A stretch of 64,000 bases of DNA from Malacoraja senta (taxonomy: Eukaryota), in contig CM075978.1 of the NCBI GenBank assembly GCA_038087875.1, positions 166,222,001 to 166,286,000 on the forward strand, given 5' to 3'. The stretch's first letter is position 1. Each line of letters begins with the position of its first letter. Below are positions 47,963-60,070 of the stretch, in pieces. Under the pieces are notes generated by a model. The model saw only the letters and a list, made by a program, of their open reading frames with translations, was not told where the DNA came from and made no database searches. Made by a program: the position numbers and the translations under genes.

Positions 47963-48926
47963 TAAAGGATGGATGATTCCACAGAGAAATGGCGGAATTT
48001 ATGAACAACCATCCCTCCAGTTTTATAGAGGAAAATTAACAATATGGATTCTATTAAAGGCATAAAGTTAAAAGAACGTTGGTACAAGTGCAATAAAGTA
48101 AAATTAAATCAAAACTTGAAAATATAAATGAGGAGAAAACTTCATTTCAGATGGTACACACCTTATTTACATATAGCAATCAAAAGGACTCTATCAAGTC
48201 AGCTAGCCATTGAGTAAAAGTGAACAGTTCAGAATGATAATCCAACACAACCCCTTCACTTTCCAGCTGAGAGATTCAATTAAAATTGTCTTCCTTAAAT
48301 ATTGAACACCCTCTCTGCCCTCAGTAGATTAAAGGACTAAAATTCTGTCAAAGTTGCAGTGGCAGGGAGGGAGGTTGCTTGAATTTCTGAGGAAATTCAA
48401 CCCATATGAGTTATTTATGTATTTGCAGTGATCGCCCTCAAAAGCCTAGCTGAGCGTTTCAGTTCACTTTTGATGTAAACGAGTCGGGCATTGTCACTGA
48501 ACTCCCACGGCTATTTTTGCTTAAATTTCTGATTTGTATAATTTGTCTATTCTGTGCAAGATCTAGTCTACACATGTGGGAGAGGGGGGATGGTGGCGTT
48601 TCATAAAAGAAACGCCACCTAATAGTTGACTTTAAAGGCTCTAGGCAATTAAATGATTTATTTTCGACAAAGATCAAAGAGGAGGTGATTGATCTCTAAA
48701 TTTCTCCAAAATTTGAGTTTGATTTATGAATGTTCTAACAGACGTCATTCTGCTCAAGCTATTAGAAAGAAATAATGTTCTCTTTGGTATTAAAGGCAAC
48801 TTGCTACAGTAACGACAAATGCAGCAAGCTTTGTAAGAAACAACTAACATGAGAAACCTGCTGGTCGACACAAAATGCTGGAATACTCAGCGGGACAGAC
48901 AGCATCTCTGGAGAGAAAGAATGGGT

Positions 48927-48954
48927 GACGTTTCAGGTCGAGACCCTTCTTCAG
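48927..48954 (-). ncRNA. Minimal hammerhead ribozyme-like core in a Penelope repeat
   Basis: Minus strand: CTGAAGA-a-GGGTC-tc-GACCT-GAAAC-GTC. Stem I is only about 2 bp. Confidence 0.5.
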
Positions 48955-49559
48955 ACTGATGTCAGGAGAGTGGGCGGGATAGAGATAGAATGGAGTCAGA
49001 GATAGAATGGAGTCGGAGACAGTAAGACTGGTGGGAGAACTGGTAAGGTGGAGGGGATGGAGAGAGATGGAAAGCAGGGGCTATTTGAAGTATTTCCTAC
49101 ACATGAGAAACCTGCTGATGTTTTCCTAAGAACATGGATGCTAATTATAGATGACCTCAAGACATGTAGGCAACATATTCAGTATTTTGAGTAACTCAGC
49201 AGGTCAGGCAGAATCTCTGAATAACATGGATTTATAGCCATTAGTCACTGAGTTACTCCTGCAGTGTCTTTTTATGAAAACCAGCATCTGCAGTTCCTTG
49301 TGTCTATATTCAGTATCTTTCTATGCCAACCAAGCATATTTAGATATTGTGGTGTTTCCTCATTATTTGTTCTATTTTACTAATGCCCTATCCCAAGTAC
49401 CCATTAACTATGAAATTAGTCAATGGTTGATACTAATTGATAGGTAGCTTTAGTTCACACCTATTTAGTTTGCTGGTTAATCTTGTGAATAATGCAAAAA
49501 TATTAGCCTATTTTAGGGCCAATTTCAACCCTTTACAGTTCTTCAATACTTCCTAGTTA

Positions 49560-50150
49560 TATTTTTAAGGCAGAGATAGATAGATTCTTAATTAGTATGG
49601 GTGTCAGGGGTTATGGGGAGGGCAGGAGAATGGGATTAGGAGGGAGAGATAGATCAGCCATGATTGAATGGCGGAGTAGACTTGATGGGCCGAATGGCCT
49701 AATTCTGCTCCTATCAGTTATGTCCTCATGACGTTAAACCATAGTGTCACAGAAGTAAAAGCTGCAACTGTGTCTCATCAGGTAAGACACATGCATATAT
49801 AAAGCCATGAGGGGAACAGATAAGGTGAATGGTTACACTTTTTTTTTCCAGGGGGTAGGAGAATCTAAAACTAGAGGACATAGAATTAAGATGAGATGGG
49901 AAAAAATTTGAAAGGCACCTGGGTAACCCCTTTACACAGATGGTGGTGAGAATGTGGAACAGGCTCTCAGAGGGAGCTGCAGAGATGAGGTACAAATGTG
50001 ATGCTTCAAGGACATACAGATAGTAAAGGTTTACGGGGATATGGGCCCCAAGCAGGCAAATGGAACTAGCTCGGGTAGACAACTTGGTCAGCAAGGATGA
50101 GTTCGGCCAAAGGGCCTGTTTCCATTCTGTATAACTCTATGACATTATGA
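49560..50150 (+). mobile_element. CR1 3' fragments
   Basis: 'gatcagccatgattgaatggcggagtagacttgatgggccgaatgg' and 'agggcctgtttcc..actctatgac' tails. Confidence 0.8.
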
Positions 50151-51745
50151 CTTCAGATACAAGATTATCATTAAAATCTTTAAAACGTTTCATTCCAAAA
50201 AAAAACAGACATGTCATCTAGCTGCCTATTGATGTTTAGGTTAGGCATATGCTGTCACAAGTGATCCTTAATCTTTTAGCAGCTTTAAAATGGTGCCTAG
50301 AAGATGAAATGATAGAAAAAAGGAACTGACTGAATTGGATAAAGGCCAAGGAATTACAAGTCCTTGACTCCTTGACTCCTTTTGACTGGCTTCAAACATG
50401 TCAAGAGCTATCAATAGATGGAACAGGATCAAAGAAACAGTGAGTATAAAGTCAGATGATTACCTTCAGGAATAATGTTGTGCTACTTCTGTCATATTTA
50501 ACCCCTCCCTTTCAAATCTCCGACAAAAAGCTATACGATCAGCCACAAGGTAGTGCAGGCAACATTCTGCCTTTTGTATCTGTAAGATTTCCCTGTGCAA
50601 CCTCTCTGATGAACCAACAGTGTCGGCAGAGGCATCGCCCCTCAGCTGCAACTGGCTGGAACAATAAGGGCAACATTTTGGTGCATGCAAACAGACATCA
50701 TTTGGTTCTCGATTTGATCCTCAATTTGGTAAAAGTGCCTTGAAATTATTTGATAGATAACTGATAGAAATGATCTAATCCGCAGTGGGTAGAAATAAAA
50801 ATATCCATGAAATCTGTTGCACACGCCCACAGCACATAACTATTTTGGTCACTAATTAATACGATGTTGCGCTTCTCTGTTCATTCAAGGTCAATGAGCC
50901 TGTAAGCAACATAGAGATAATAAATGTTAATGAATCATAGTGAGTAGAGTTTATTTGTCAGTAATAATTTTCTCATTATACTTGATTTCTTTGACAATGT
51001 CACTGTCTGCCTCCATCAGTTGAAACACTAATACTAAGTTATATTTATAGAATTAATTGTTGAAGCAAATGACCCTTTTGATCATTGATGTATTATGTGT
51101 TGTAGTGAGGAGGGAAGATTTAATAATTGCCTTGTTACAACATGCCTAATTCCTGGCCTGTAACCTTCTATGATGAAGTAAAACTGTTTTTTTTGTTAAA
51201 CTCTTTGTTAAAAGTGTTAGTTCTTACTTCAGCCTGAAAGCATGTAGGATATGTTTTTAAATAATCTGTGTACTAAGCTGTTTCATTATAATTTACTTGA
51301 CCTTTTGTGGACTTTTCAAGCACCTGTCATTTCAATGAAAAATATCATCTCCAACTAGTCCTAAAGGAATCAATGGCACAAGTGCTTATCATTAATTAAT
51401 CTCCTGTGGGAGAGTGAGGAAAATGTTGGCAAATGTTAATTAGAAGCAAATTTGTTAAAAGGTAATGCTAATTAGAAAATAGTAACACCCAAGTGCAATT
51501 TGTTTTAACCAGCTGGTCTGCTGTTATTTCTGTGTGCCCTTTACTGACAACCTGCGGAGAATGAAAGTTAACAGACTGGATGGATTTTTGCATGGGGTAA
51601 CATGTTATTGCAACTCCATACCTTCTATGCCTAATACATATATGCAGAACGGCATGGCAATTGGTTCCTGATCATCCTTGCATTCAGGGCAGAGAGACAC
51701 ACAAGAGTGTTGCCAAATACCTTTCACAGCACATCTACTCAACTT

Positions 51746-52030
51746 TGGCATGGTGGTGTAACTGTTGCCTCAGAGTGCCAGAGTCCTGGGTTTGATCCTG
51801 ACCTTCGGTGCTGTGTGCAGAGTTTGCAAGTTCTCCCTCTGACCTCATGGGTTTTCTCTGGTTTCCTCCCACATCCCAAAGATTTGTCAGTTAATTGGCC
51901 TCTGTAAACTGCCCCTATAGTATAAGGAGTGCATGATAATGTGGGATAACATAGAACTAGTGTGAATGGATGATCAATGGTAAGAGTGGACTCAGTGTTC
52001 TAACGGGCCTGTTTCCATTCTGTATCTTTC
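51746..52030 (+). mobile_element. V-SINE (HE1-related)
   Basis: 'gggtttgatcctgacc..ggtttcctcccacatcccaaag..gggcctgtttcc'. Confidence 0.85.
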
Positions 52031-55000
52031 AATATAATTAATTTATAACCAACCCTATCGGTGATGGGCCGAAGATGTCAATGTGGTGAGAAAGGTCCCT
52101 GAAGGGTCCTTGAAAGAAATACCCGAAGGATCAACAATAAATATGTGATTCCCCTAGAGATCCCCAATATAATGCTGCAATGTTCAAATGTATGTGATCA
52201 ATCCCAGCATTGATCAATACCCCAAACTGCTCCACAAATAAATGCATGGGGAATTATGTCAAACCATGCAAGCCCGTCGTGGTTTTCATGTCAGATGTAC
52301 AAGGGTGAATCACTGCATGAAGTGTAGAATTGATTTTTTAAAGTGATACAAAACAAACCAGAAAAGATCATTAGCATAGTTCACACTGGTAAATTCAATT
52401 TTCAATCATGTCGCACCAACAGAAATATCGTTACGCAACTTAATGTCTCTGCCAATATTTTTGCTTAAAGTATTACAATTAAATCAACATGAATAAAATA
52501 TAAAACGGAAACAAAATCAGTGGCTATACTATTATGAAACATTTTGAGGCAGAAAAGTTTATGCACCCTAATTTGATTTTCATTACCGAGGATGGAGCCT
52601 TCTTTACAATGAGATATCAGATTCAGGTCAGATCAAATCGATCTAGGATAGTTTGCAATCTTTCAGAATTTAGATTTGATTCGATCCCAGCTCTATTCAA
52701 CTACGTGGTGATATCAGATTGTCAGTCTGGTGAATGTGCATTGATTCTTCAGGCAGAAGAGACCAGGGATTTAAATTACTCCGAATTGAATCACAATGCT
52801 TTGTAGCGCCTTTAAGCCAGAATCGAGGAATGATGTGTCCTTGCTACAAAATAAGATAAATAACTCAGGATATTGAGATAGAAATCATCCTAACCAGGCA
52901 TCCAAGAAGAACTAATGACTTTTCAGTGGCTTTATATCTGGGGAAATAAAAATAAAGCAATAAGAAACTTTCTATTGAAAGATGAATAAGGTTTGTAAAT
53001 AAATGCTATCCTCAGTTATCAACATTCACATATTTTTATTGGCATCAAATGGCTTGATTAATTAAAGAGAAATAAAACACTGCTATTTCATTTTACTGTA
53101 AACTCCTCGGGAATTGTCAGTAATGGAAATAAAAACTCTGAAACACCCAACCATTGGTGTCTTGGGGGTTTCCATTGACAAGAAGCTGAATTAGAGCAGC
53201 TGTTGGCTACAAGTACAGTGCAGAGGCTGTGTAACTCTGTGATGTGTGGCTGATTTCCCAGCAACACAAAGCCTAAACATTCCTCTGATATAAATCAGAA
53301 AGGTGGCAGAATGAGATAGAAAATACTGCACCAACCTGGATAGCTGTAGCTGTAATATTCCAAAATATGAATATTCTGCTGGTCAGAGTACTTCAGCTGC
53401 TAATGCACCAGCCACTCTATCACTTGCACTCTATACCTGCATCACGTTCAATATACTGACTTGTACATTTTGGCTCTTTGTAGTATCACTGTCACAATTT
53501 CTTGCATAACATTAATGTAAGAGCGTCTTCGCCGCGGTTTCCAAGAGTTTAAAGAAAAGCCCAATGCTATTTTTGAATGGCATTTGTTATACTGGTCATG
53601 CCACCTGTCTCACAAGAATACCTTTACTTTTAACTGGTTTATGTCTGTCATCTCTGCTCAACCTGGCTGGAGGCAGAGAGCCTTTGTCTCTGGTGCTCCT
53701 GAGTTTGAAAGCACAGCATGAAGGTGTACTGGGCCATGGGCAATTGTCGTTGTTCGTCACTCGTTCTCAAGTAAGACCATGGCATCTGGTTTTGCTCTGT
53801 GTACAGAGGTGGCTGATTAGTTCAAGCTTGTTGTCATATGCACAAGTATGGTGAGGTGCAGTACAATGTCAAATCTTACTAGTAACAGCATCACAGATAC
53901 ATAGACTCCGAAAGCACACAAAAAGGAATTATACATAAATTATACATACATTACATGAACATTTCTTAAAGAAAGAAGACTGCAAAAGAAAACACAATCT
54001 GGGCTTGAACGTTCAGTTGCACAAGTGACAGAGGTGTCAGCAGCAGTGGTTCTTGATTTTAGGATTTCTCTTTTCCTTTTTGCTTCTTCCACTCCAGCTT
54101 CCACAAATGAACGACAACCACTTTTTATGTGGTAAGCCAAACAGGATGATCTATTGCTTGGTCTTCTCTGTGTCGTTTAATACCCCTGTCGGCCAAAATT
54201 GGGATGAGCAAAGCCACCAAGGTCATAAATCATTTTAGCAAATTTTAAGTATTTCAAAAGTATTTTAAAACTATTAAAGCTAAAGTAAACAATTATAACA
54301 AATAAACATATTGTTAATTTACATTAAAGCATTACAAACATGCAAAAGAGTTGCCTGTCTTCCCATTGCCTCCTAAATCTGTGCCTTACAAACGCCATGC
54401 ACATTTACTGGAGGTTTATTTCTCCAACATAATCTTGGGGGAAAACCCCCCACAAAATACTGGAGGAACTCAGTGGGTCAGGCAGCATCTGTGGAGGGAA
54501 TGGACACAATCTCTCTGACGAAGGGACCCAACCTGAAAAGTTATCAGTCCATTCCCTCCAAAGATGTTGTCTGACCCATTGAATTCCTCTAGCACTTTGT
54601 GTTTTGCTGGAGATTCCAGCATCTGCAGTTTCTTGTGTCTCCATAATCATGGGGAATCGCATCAAGATACACTATCGCCAGACCCCATAGGAAATTCTGT
54701 CAAGAACAACCATCCATAGCCAGTGCAGCTTCGCTGTAAGGTTGCAAATGTTTTATAAATATTGGAAAATGTTCAACTCTTTGTAAATTGTAATGTTTGT
54801 AATATTGGTTTACATTACTTCAAGACTTGTCGCATGTGAACTATTAGTATATGTTGTTGCATGTGTTGTTGGTACATTGCTTTCTCTGTCAGTTTCTGAG
54901 AAGAAAGCTACTGAGGAATCATTACTTTGCACAGTGCAATGTTCTTTGATAAATAAGATATTTTTGCTTGGTGGTTGAAATTACCAACCGCCTTCACAAT

Positions 55001-55124
55001 CCTAGTGAGTGAAGAAGAGTGGATGTCAGACATGGTGCCAGAAGTGCTGGATTATAAAACTATGACATTACATGCTGTCCCTGAATTAAATACAAAATGT
55101 CAAGCATAATCCCTCACAAATGAG

Positions 55125-55372
55125 ATACAAGGAGCCAAGGTCTGCTGGGTATCCCAGTTGCTAACCATTTTAGTTTGCCTTCCCCTTCCCCTTCCCATTC
55201 CCATATTGACCCTTCTGTCAACCCTGGAACTCCTCAATTGTCAGAGTGAGGCCACACACAAACCTGAAGAACAACACCACATATTCTGCTTGAGTACCTT
55301 ACAGCCTAACACTATGAACATTAAATTCTCCGATTTTAGGTAACTAACCTGCAAACAATTATCTTTTTTCCC
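55125..55372 (+). pseudogene. Penelope-like element GIY-YIG C-terminal fragment (3' UTR continues at about 57480-57760 and 58623-58655)
   Basis: 'PVANHF..', 'CQSEATHKPEEQHHIFCLSTLQPNTMNIKFSDFR*' is the characteristic Penelope C-terminus. Confidence 0.8.
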
Positions 55373-55374
55373 CT

Positions 55375-55637
55375 AGATAGACAAAAAAAAGCTGAAGTAA
55401 CCCAGCAGGTCAGGCAGCATCTTTGGAGAAAAGGAATGTGATGTTTCTGGTCGAGACCCTTCTTCAGACTGAGAGTCAGGGGAAAGCAAAATGAGAGATT
55501 ATAGATGGTGATGTAGAGAGATATAGAACAAATGAATGAAAGATACAAAAATGTAACGATGATAAAGGAAACAGACCATTGTCAGCTGTGTTTGGTGAGA
55601 ACGAGTATAGATAATGACAAAACAAGACGACTTTGAA
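55375..55637 (-). repeat. Penelope 3' repeat (host of the CR1 insertion; continues to about 57478)
   Basis: 'gacccttcttcagactgagagtcagggg..' with a hammerhead-like core on the minus strand. Confidence 0.75.
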
Positions 55638-57435
55638 GGTTCTTGGTTCTTGGTTCTTGGTTTCTTGGTCCTCCAAAATATTCCAAATGGAATTTAAACT
55701 GGAGGTGGTGGAGGGAGGACTTAAGCCAGAAAGGGTTTTTGGGAAGAAAGAGCTACCTTAAATTTGGTTGCATCTGGTTGGGTAACTAAAGTAGGGTGGA
55801 GATTATTCCATGCTTTAATTGTGCGTGGGAAGAATGAATTGCTGTACACATCTGTCTTGGTAGCTGGAATCACAAATTGTATCGAATGCCCTCGTCTGCT
55901 CCTAGTTGGTTTGGGTTTGGTGTAGGTCTTGTAATCTATGTCGAGCTGACCATTTAACATTTTGTAAAAACAGGTCAAACGGTGAGCTTCACGTCTGCCT
56001 TGGAGAGGGTTCCACCCTAGAGAATTCAGAACTTTGGTAACACTCGCTTCTCTCTCATAGGTGTTAGTAACAAATCGAGCTGCCTGTCTTTGGACACGTT
56101 CGATGGAAGAAATGTTTTTATTTGTGTATGGGTCCCATGCTGCAACTGCGTAGTCCAAATGGGGTCTAACGAGGGTGAAGTATAGCTTCTCCTTGACAGA
56201 AGTTGAACAATGATGAAAGTTGCGCCTCAGAAAATTGAGGACACCTGTTGCTTTCACCACTGCATGATGAGTCTGATCATTCCAGCGCAGATCATTCTGC
56301 AATTTGATGCCAAGATACTTGGTTTGTTTGGATTCTTCAAGGGTGGTACCAAGTATATTGTACGATGTTTCGCCTGGATTCCTCTTTCTGGTGACACACA
56401 TGGTTTCACATTTGGAAGGGTTGAACTGCATGCCCCATTGTTGTGACCACTCAACCATTGTATCGAGGTCCTTTTGGAGAGCATCTTCATCATCAGCTGA
56501 CTTAATTGGACGGTACAGCAAACAATCATCAGCGAATAGGCTGGTCGTGCTTGCGACTTTTTCATGGATGTCGTTTATGTAAAGCATAAACAGATGTGGG
56601 CCAAGTACTGTGCCCTGAGGTGTACCACTCAACACTGGATGCCAATTGGAGCTCTTTCCGTTCACATACACACGTTTGTCAGGAAACTGGAAATCCATCG
56701 TTTCGTGTTGGAACGAATACCATAGAAGTCAAGCTTCCGAAGCAGTCTCTGGTGTGGGATGACATCAAATGCTTTAGAAAAGTCCAGCACTACTAAATCC
56801 GTGATGATGTTACCATCAAGATGTTTGGCCAGGTCATTTGTCGTCAGGATAAGCTGAGACTCACATGATCTATGCCTCCTAAATGCATGTTGGTTGTCAG
56901 CAAGAATATTATGTTTGCTCACGTGTCGCATCAGATTACTATCAATTACATGCTCCAGTAATTTGCAGCAAGTACTTGTTAATGAAACAGGACGATAATT
57001 CGCTGGGTTGGTGGTTGAACCCTTCTTAAAGAGAGGAGTGATGTTAGCCTTCCTCCAATCCAGCGGAACATCACTTGAGTCAAGCGATTGTTGGAAAATG
57101 AACTGCAAAACTGGAGCCAGTTCTTCGGCCGCGATCTTGAGGGCTTGATTCTGTATCTGATCTGGTCCAATTGCTTTTGTGGTATTGATGTTGAGCAATA
57201 ACTTCTTGACACCTTTAACCTCAATTTTAAAGCAGGCATATCAGCATACGGGCTGGGCGGTAGAACTGGAAATGATGAAGGCTCCATATCTTCCCGGGTG
57301 AAAACGTGTTGAAATTGGTTTGCAAGAGCTTCTGCTTTCGCCTGGTCCTCAGTGATCAGACAGTTGTTCACTTTAAGCATCTGGACACCAGTGTTGTCTG
57401 TCCGTCTGGATTTCACATATCTCCAAAAAGCCTTG
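55638..57435 (-). mobile_element. 5'-truncated CR1-group LINE of a divergent type, with few disablements
   Basis: Three overlapping ORFs ('KAFWRYVKS', 'GPDQI..NYRPVSLTS..LDFSKAFD', 'GTPQGTVLGP..LFADD..SFFPRTIKAWNNL'); (CCAAGAA)n tail. Confidence 0.92.
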
Positions 57436-57764
57436 AGGTGGTATGACTTGGGCGGGGGAAGGATGGAAGAGGGAATCCTCTTTCCCATTTCTCCCCCTCC
57501 CCCTACCCTTTCCACCAATATTCCTTCCTCTGGTTTCATAATTCAGACCTCTTCTAGACTTATCTCACACTTTTTGTCTTTTGGCCTTTATCCGACCATC
57601 TCTCTATCAATAGCGCCCATCACCTGTACCCACCTATTACTCACCAGTCTTTGTTTTGCCCCAGCCTCTCTGTCAGCTTTCTCTTCCTCCCCTTCACCAC
57701 ATTCAGTATGAAGAAAGATTCCAACTTGAAACATCACCTATCCGCTTTTGCCAGAGATGCTAAC

Positions 57765-58618
57765 GATGGTCGGTGGGGGCGCTGCGAGACGGCTGTCCTG
57801 CCAGCAGCGTGTTTGTTATTTAGACTTTTTTGTTATTTTTGGTGTGTCTAAATGTTAGTTTAGGTGTCTCTTGGTGTGTCTTGTGTGGGGGATGCTGGGG
57901 GGGGGGGGGGGGGGAAGGGAGGAACTGCTTTCGGTCGCCTCCTTGACGGAGAGGTGACATTTTCCATGTCGCCTCCCTCGCGTACTAACAGCATGGATTG
58001 GAGCGGTCTTTCCCGGAGTTGGGCCCAGAGCTTCAGCAATGGGCGCAGCGTGGACTTTTCCATCACAGAGCGGGCAAACCCTTGCCGGGGGTCGCCATAG
58101 AGGAGTGCTCCGATCGCTGACCCGGTGACTTTGGCATCATGGGGCTGTGGTCTGCAAAGCTTCTAGCCACGGGCGTGGCGTGGACTTACCATCTGGAGTC
58201 TGGGATCTCTTGCTGGAGATCGCCGGAGAAGATTCCGACCACCGCCTGCAGCCCATAACATCCTGAAGACGCGGTCTCCGGCAGGAAAGTGCCGATTCGA
58301 GCACTCCAAGCCATGGAGTGTGTTTGACCATCCCAACATCAGAGGTTTGATCATCCCGATGAGAGGGCCTGTACATCGGGCCGTCTGTAGCAGTAACTAC
58401 GGAGGGTTTATGGCCCCGACCACGGATGAACAAAGGAGGAGGACTGGCTGAACTTTGTTGCCTTCCACCACAGTGAACTATGCTGTGGTGGACGATTGCG
58501 TTAAATTCTGTTGTGTATTGTGTGTTCTTTTTAAGTGTATCGCTGCCTGCAAATTCATTTCACTGCATCTTTGGGTGCATGTGATGAATAAAATTGACTT
58601 TGACTTTGACTTTGACTT
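57765..58618 (+). mobile_element. GC-rich non-autonomous retroposon with Rex1-like tail
   Basis: Ends 'atttcactgcatc..ggtgcatgtgatgaataaaa(TTGACT)n'. Possible 4-bp TSD taac. Interrupts a Penelope repeat. Related to 3096-3800. Confidence 0.65.
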
Positions 58619-58668
58619 TAACTGACACGCTGAGTTACTCCAGCACTTTGTGTCCCTCTCAAATGAAA

Positions 58669-58867
58669 TTAGTTTAGTTTTTTTGAGATGCAGCATGGAA
58701 ATAGGCCCTTCGGCCCACTTAGTCCATGCTGACCATTGATCACCCATTCGCACTAGTTCCGTATTATCCCATTTTCTCATCTATTACACACTAGGGCTAA
58801 TTTACAGAAGCCAATTAACCTACAAACCCACAGGTCTTTGGTATGTGGGTGTAAACCGGGGCACCCA
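58669..58867 (-). mobile_element. HE1-type SINE 3' part
   Basis: 'tagtttagtt..ggaaataggcccttcggcccac..gccaattaacctacaaacc'. Confidence 0.85.
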
Positions 58868-59719
58868 GTTACACCTTAAGACAGAGTGAACCCTGGAAGA
58901 GTGGCTACAGACATGCAAACCTGCAGAGCAGGAAAGTACAGCCAAAACACAAAGTGCTGGAGGAACTCAGAGGGCCAGGCAACATCTATGGAGGAAATGG
59001 ATACATTACATTTCAGGTCGAGACATTTCTTTGTCTGAACAAAGATTCCAACCTGCAACGTCATCTGTCCATTCCCTCCACTGATGTTGTCAGACACACT
59101 GTTCCTTTAGCACTTTGGGTTTTGCTGAAGAATCCAGCATCTGCAGTTCCTTGTGTCTCCACAAACGTGAGGAAATCCCAACTATTACTGGACTCCATAG
59201 GAAATTCTGTCGCAGCCACAGCCAGTACAGCTTGGCGAAAGGTTGCAAATCTTTTACAAATATTGGAAAATGTTCAACTTTTTGTAAATTGTTATGTTTG
59301 TAATATTGGTTTGCACTACTTCAAGAATTGTAGCCTGTGAACTTTTGAGAATTTTTGGAATTCTTTGAGCAAGCCAAGATGGCTTAAATGCTGCAAGTAT
59401 TGTGGACAGCAAGGCTGAAAAATAAATGCCCCACACACGGGAAACAATATGTCTGATGGGGTGGGGAAAAAATGTCTACAGAGGTGTCGCCATAAAGTGA
59501 ACTTTGAAAGTCAATGGAGTGGATTAGATGAGCAAGCAATAACAAAGACAAGGCCAAGGTCAGAGTACTGGTTGAACATAATGTACCGGATACCAACTGC
59601 AAAATATTACACAGCAAGAGTAACCCAAAGCAACCCACAAAATGCTGATGCAAAAGAAAGCAAGGATATTTTATTTTGACTCTACATCCATGTCCAATGT
59701 GTAATTTATTCCAAAGAGT

Positions 59720-60070
59720 GCAGGAGGTCTTAAAGAGGTGTATAAAATCATGAGGGGGGTTTTCTCCAATGATAGGGGAATCAAGGACCAGAGGCCATGG
59801 GTTGAAAGTGAGAGAGGAAAGGAACCTGAGGAGCAAATTTTTCACACAGAGAGTGATACATATATGGAACGAGCTGCCAGAGGAAGTTCTTTAGGCATGT
59901 ACAATAACAACAATTAAAAAACATTTGGACAGGCACATGGATATGAAAGATTTACAGTGATATGGGCCAAACCTGTGCAAATGGGACTGGGTTAGATGGG
60001 GCATCTTGGTCAGCATGGATGAGTTGGGCTAAGGGCCTGTCTATGTGCCGTGTTACTCTCTGGCTATGAC
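59720..60070 (+). mobile_element. CR1/HER1 3' fragment
   Basis: 'tttttcacacagagagtg..tggaacgagctgccagaggaag..gggcctgt'. Confidence 0.85.
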
